A stretch of 10,533 nucleotides of DNA from an uncultured Aquificales bacterium (lineage in GTDB: Bacteria > Thermosulfidibacterota > Thermosulfidibacteria > Thermosulfidibacterales > Thermosulfidibacteraceae): positions 1 to 10,533 of the forward strand of contig CAYVOC010000014.1 of the NCBI GenBank assembly GCA_964453345.1. The letters run 5' to 3'. Of the stretch, positions 7,252 to 10,533 are shown in pieces; positions within the stretch are counted from its first letter, which is position 1; each line of letters begins with the position of its first letter. The notes beneath the pieces were generated by a model. The model was given only the letters and a program-made list of their open reading frames with translations. It made no database searches and had not been told where the DNA came from. A program made the position numbers and the translations under genes.

Positions 7252-7280
7252 AGGATATGCCGTCTGCCTCGTGCGGTCAA
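7252..7280 (-). promoter_or_regulatory. Putative sigma70-type promoter of the octaheme cytochrome operon
   Basis: Minus strand TTGACC (7280-7275), 17 bp, TATCCT (7257-7252). Confidence 0.6.
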
Positions 7281-7288
7281 GAGAAAAG

Positions 7289-7330
7289 TTGCGGCAGATA
7301 GTTGACTTTAACATAATGCTATCTTATAGG
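7289..7330 (+). promoter_or_regulatory. Putative cysE promoter region with an overlapping Rrf2/IscR-like palindrome
   Basis: Two candidates: TTGCGG(7289)-17-CATAAT(7312) and TTGACT(7302)-17-TATAGG(7325); inverted repeat AGATAG-N17-CTATCT at 7296-7324. Confidence 0.45.
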
Positions 7331-7357
7331 TTAGTGCCCAAATCCGGGGGTGTGGGG

Positions 7358-8131
7358 TTGTGGAGCTCTTTTAAAAGGGCCTGGGAGACGGTGAAGGCCG
7401 ACTATAACGCCATTTTTGAGAGGGATCCTGCTGTTCGCTCCAAGCTTGAGGCCCTGCTCTGTTATCCCGGTTTCCACGCCATCTTGATGCACAGGGTAGC
7501 CCACTTTCTCTGGAACAGGAACTTTAAGCTTCTGGCGAGGCTGCTGTCCCATGTTAATCGTTTCCTGACCGGGATAGAGATCCATCCTGGCGCCAAGATA
7601 GGGAAGGGGTTTTTTATCGATCACGGTATGGGCGTGGTGATAGGGGAGACGGCTGAGGTTGGCGACAATGTCACCCTATACCATCAGGTGACCCTGGGAG
7701 GGGTGAGTCTCAAAAGGGAGAAGAGGCATCCGACCCTTAAAGATAGGGTTGTTGTGGGGGCCGGTGCCAAGATACTCGGTCCCTTTGTGGTGGGTGAAGG
7801 GTCCAAGATAGGGGCCAACTCGGTTGTGGTTAAGGAGGTGCCTCCGAACTCCACGGTGGTAGGGATACCCGGTAAGGTGGTTAAAAAGCAGAAGATAAAT
7901 GTTATGGGGGTGGATCTGGATCACCATCTGCTTCCGGATCCCGTTCTCGACGCCATTCAGGCCCTCACGGCTGAGGTGAACAGGCTTCGCAGGGAGGTTG
8001 AGGAGCTTAAAGGCCGCTTGGCCGAAAATATAGAGCATTCTGAGGAGGTTGGCGGTGATAAGTCAGGAGACCCTGGAAAAGATCAAGAAAATGCTGATCG
8101 AAGAGAAGGCGAAGATCCTTCGCAAACTTGA
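7358..8131 (+). CDS. cysE: Serine O-acetyltransferase
   Basis: ERDPAVRS...[67 protein letters not shown] hexapeptide beta-helix, [11 protein letters not shown]. Start reassigned to TTG 7358 (GGGGGTG upstream) because the track start at 7271 lies inside the promoter region. Confidence 0.96.
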   Translation: MWSSFKRAWETVKADYNAIFERDPAVRSKLEALLCYPGFHAILMHRVAHFLWNRNFKLLARLLSHVNRFLTGIEIHPGAKIGKGFFIDHGMGVVIGETAEVGDNVTLYHQVTLGGVSLKREKRHPTLKDRVVVGAGAKILGPFVVGEGSKIGANSVVVKEVPPNSTVVGIPGKVVKKQKINVMGVDLDHHLLPDPVLDAIQALTAEVNRLRREVEELKGRLAENIEHSEEVGGDKSGDPGKDQENADRREGEDPSQT

Positions 8132-8414
8132 GAAGAACATGCAGGAGATGGACAGGCACAGGGACAGACAGGCTGTGGGAGATGATGCGGACAATGCTTC
8201 TGCCATGGAGATGGAGAACCTTATGAATGCCCTTTCCGGTATGGAGGTGGCGAGGCTCAGGCAGATTGAGGATGCTCTGAGGAGGATAGAGGAGGGGACC
8301 TACGGGTATTGTAAGGAGTGTGGGGAGCCTATTGAGGAGGGAAGGCTTCTTGCCAAGCCCTTTGCCACCCTTTGCATAAGCTGTAAGGAGGCGGAGGAGA
8401 GGAAGAGGTATTGA
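8055..8414 (+). CDS. dksA: DksA/TraR-family C4 zinc-finger RNA polymerase-binding factor
   Basis: Coiled coil with DxxDxA tip (DDADNA); [45 protein letters not shown] at 8055 is 6 nt after GAGGAGG, a better start than TTG 8049. Confidence 0.9.
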   Translation: MISQETLEKIKKMLIEEKAKILRKLEKNMQEMDRHRDRQAVGDDADNASAMEMENLMNALSGMEVARLRQIEDALRRIEEGTYGYCKECGEPIEEGRLLAKPFATLCISCKEAEERKRY

Positions 8415-9382
8415 ACTGGAGGGATTTGAGGGCAAGGGAGGCTCTCCGTTCCAGACTGGAGCGGAGGGCCTTTTTTGTTGATGCTATACGCTCCTTCTTC
8501 AGGAATAGGGGGTTCCTTGAGGTGGAGACCCCCTATCTTCAGCCCTGCCCCAACCTTGATTATGGGGTGGACCCTTTGAGGGTTGGATCCCGCTTCCTGC
8601 ACACATCGCCGGAATACGGTATGAAGCGCCTCCTTGCGGCGGGTTTTGAGGCGATATTTCAGATATGCCGTGTTTTCAGGGACGAGAGGCCCGGTCCCCT
8701 GCACCTTGTGGAGTTTGATATGCTTGAGTGGTATAGATGTGGCAGAGATTATAGGTGGCTGATTGAGGTGAGCTGGGAGCTGGTTTCCGAGGTGGCGGGG
8801 GTGTTCGGGAAGCATGATTTTTCCTACAGGGACAGGAAGGCTTCCCTTTCAGGTTATCGTATCTTCTCCATAGAGGACTTCTTTGTTGAGGAGCTGGGAG
8901 CCTCTCTTTCCGAACTGGAGGAGCTTTCCGATATTGTCTCTTTCGCCAGGTCCTTGGGGGTGGCGCCGGACGAGGAAAGCTGGGAAAACACCTTTCACCT
9001 TATATACTTGAATCTTATAGAACCCGAAATAGCCCGCATGCCCGTGCCCGTGTATGTTGTGGATTACCCGGCGAGGCTTGCCGCCATGTCGGCCCTGAGA
9101 AAGGAGAAGCCCTGGCTGTGCGAGAGGGTTGAGCTGCTCCTCTGCGGGGTTGAGCTTATGAACGGATACACGGAGCTTGTTGATGCCAAAGAGCAAAGGA
9201 GGCGCCTTCTGCTGGAGGCCGAAAGAAGGGGATGGGGAGAGGAGGTTGTGGATGGGGATTTTATTGAGGCGGTATCCCTCATGCCCCCTGCGGCGGGTGC
9301 GGCCTTCGGGCTGGACAGGTTCTTTATGCTCATAGAGGGGGCGGATAGTCTCTCTGAGGTGGTTTTCGGCTATGACGGTTAA
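8411..9382 (+). CDS. epmA: EF-P lysine aminoacylase (EpmA/GenX/PoxA), LysRS catalytic-domain paralog
   Basis: 323 aa with no anticodon-binding domain; GFLEVETP, LHTSPEYGMKRLLAAG, FQICRVFRDE, EFDMLEWY, ELMNGYTEL, MPPAAGAAFGLDR. TTG start overlaps the dksA stop (TTGA). Confidence 0.93.
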   Translation: MNWRDLRAREALRSRLERRAFFVDAIRSFFRNRGFLEVETPYLQPCPNLDYGVDPLRVGSRFLHTSPEYGMKRLLAAGFEAIFQICRVFRDERPGPLHLVEFDMLEWYRCGRDYRWLIEVSWELVSEVAGVFGKHDFSYRDRKASLSGYRIFSIEDFFVEELGASLSELEELSDIVSFARSLGVAPDEESWENTFHLIYLNLIEPEIARMPVPVYVVDYPARLAAMSALRKEKPWLCERVELLLCGVELMNGYTELVDAKEQRRRLLLEAERRGWGEEVVDGDFIEAVSLMPPAAGAAFGLDRFFMLIEGADSLSEVVFGYDG

Positions 9383-10517
9383 GGTCTGTGTTTTGGGTTC
9401 AACGGGATCCGTGGGGCGGCAGGCCCTTGAGGTTATAGAGGCCAATGGCGATCTCTTTGAGGTTGTGGGGCTTTCCAGCACCGGTAGAAACAGGGAGCTT
9501 TTTTATGAGCAGGTTGAAAGATTCTCTCCGAGGGTTGTGGCGACGGTTGAGAAGTGCGATCTTCCGGACGGGGTTGAAGTCATCACCGGTGAGGATTCCA
9601 GTGTCAGACTGGTTGAGGAGCTGGACGCGGATATCTTTCTGGTGGCCCTGTCCGGAACTGCAGGGATTCTTCCCACCTATGCTGCGGTTAAAAAGGGGGT
9701 TAGGGTTGCCCTCGCCAACAAGGAGAGCTTGGTTTCTGCAGGATACTTTATCATAGAGGCATCGAGGGTTCACGGTTCCGAGATAATTCCTGTGGACAGC
9801 GAGCATTCTGCCATATTTCAGTGTCTTTTAGGGCAGGATAGGGGTTCTTTGAAGAGAATAATTCTTACCGCATCGGGTGGTCCCTTCCTGAACAGGCCCC
9901 TCGAGGAGCTTGATCAGGTGACGCCTGAGGAGGCCCTTGCCCATCCCTGCTGGGATATGGGGCCGAAGATAACCGTGGACTCGGCCACCATGATGAACAA
10001 GGGGCTGGAGGTTATAGAGGCGAGGTGGCTTTTTGACCTGCCTCCAGAGAAGATCGCCGTTCTTGTGCATCCCCAGGCCATAGTCCACTCCATGGTGGAG
10101 TTCGTGGACAACAGCCTCATCGCCCAGCTTGCCTGCCCGGATATGAGGATCCCCATATCCTTTGCCTTGGGCTTTCCTGCGAGGCTTCCCAATCCTTCGA
10201 TTCCCTTAAATCTTGCCGGTATGAACCTCACCTTCGAGGAGCCCGATTACAGGCGCTTCCCCCTCCTCAAGCTTGCCTATGAGGCCCTCAAAAGTGACAG
10301 GGTCCTTCCGGTTATCCTTAACGCCGCCGATGAGGTGGCGGTTGAAGCCTTTTTGGCGGGAAAGATAGGCTTCACCGGAATACGGAGGGTGGTTGAGGAG
10401 TGTATGGATAGGCTTTCCGGTAGCGTTGTTCGCTCCATTGAGGATGCAATGGAGCTGCACAAAAGGAGCCTTGAGCTTGCAGGGGAGGTGGTTGAAAAGA
10501 TTGCTGGAGATTTTTGA
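9372..10517 (+). CDS. dxr: 1-deoxy-D-xylulose 5-phosphate reductoisomerase
   Basis: LGSTGSVG, LANKESLV, PVDSEHSAIFQ, LTASGGPF, HPCWDMGPKITVDSATMMNKGLEVIEA, HSMVEF, PDMRIPI. Confidence 0.99.
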   Translation: MTVKVCVLGSTGSVGRQALEVIEANGDLFEVVGLSSTGRNRELFYEQVERFSPRVVATVEKCDLPDGVEVITGEDSSVRLVEELDADIFLVALSGTAGILPTYAAVKKGVRVALANKESLVSAGYFIIEASRVHGSEIIPVDSEHSAIFQCLLGQDRGSLKRIILTASGGPFLNRPLEELDQVTPEEALAHPCWDMGPKITVDSATMMNKGLEVIEARWLFDLPPEKIAVLVHPQAIVHSMVEFVDNSLIAQLACPDMRIPISFALGFPARLPNPSIPLNLAGMNLTFEEPDYRRFPLLKLAYEALKSDRVLPVILNAADEVAVEAFLAGKIGFTGIRRVVEECMDRLSGSVVRSIEDAMELHKRSLELAGEVVEKIAGDF

Positions 10518-10533
10518 TGCCCATTTTCACATA
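10517..10533 (+). CDS. Start of the next coupled gene (MPIFT...), product not identifiable here
   Basis: TGATG stop/start overlap with dxr and GGAG at 10506-10509. rseP often follows dxr, but five codons cannot confirm it. Confidence 0.45.

Noticed and set aside
7210-7357. Idea that the nearby sigma54 activator directly drives the cytochrome operon
   Set aside because: No correctly spaced TGGCAC-N5-TTGC motif was found by eye in this region, while a well-spaced sigma70-type promoter is present.
7271-7357. ORF-track N-terminal extension of cysE (likewise 4917-4979 for the hypothetical gene)
   Set aside because: The extensions run through promoter-like elements and lack an RBS; the downstream starts have good Shine-Dalgarno sequences.
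7331-10462. Minus-strand and alternative-frame ORFs over cysE-dksA-epmA-dxr
   Set aside because: Fully overlap well-supported genes and show no recognisable domains.

Overview
Bacterial chromosomal window, probably from an anaerobic thermophile-like organism (inferred from frequent AGG/ATA codons and a multiheme cytochrome; taxon not determinable). Two gene runs diverge from a short control region at ~7210-7357. Leftward (- strand): an octaheme HAO-family cytochrome c, a low-GC SurA/PrsA-like protein lacking its PPIase domain, a ~102-aa Cys-containing hypothetical, carB (no adjacent carA), and a sigma54-dependent NtrC-family response regulator that runs off the left edge and is missing from the ORF track. 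Rightward (+ strand): an overlapping cysE-dksA-epmA-dxr run plus the start of another gene. The best candidate for an undescribed system is the three-gene octaheme cassette: the cytochrome has a hybrid C-terminal motif with Trp at the predicted P460 cross-link position, large Trp-rich and basic insertions, and no electron-transfer partner encoded beside it. Several intergenic signals (operator-like palindromes, RBS-occluding stems, a G-quadruplex motif) also merit checking. No RNA genes, CRISPR arrays or mobile elements were seen.
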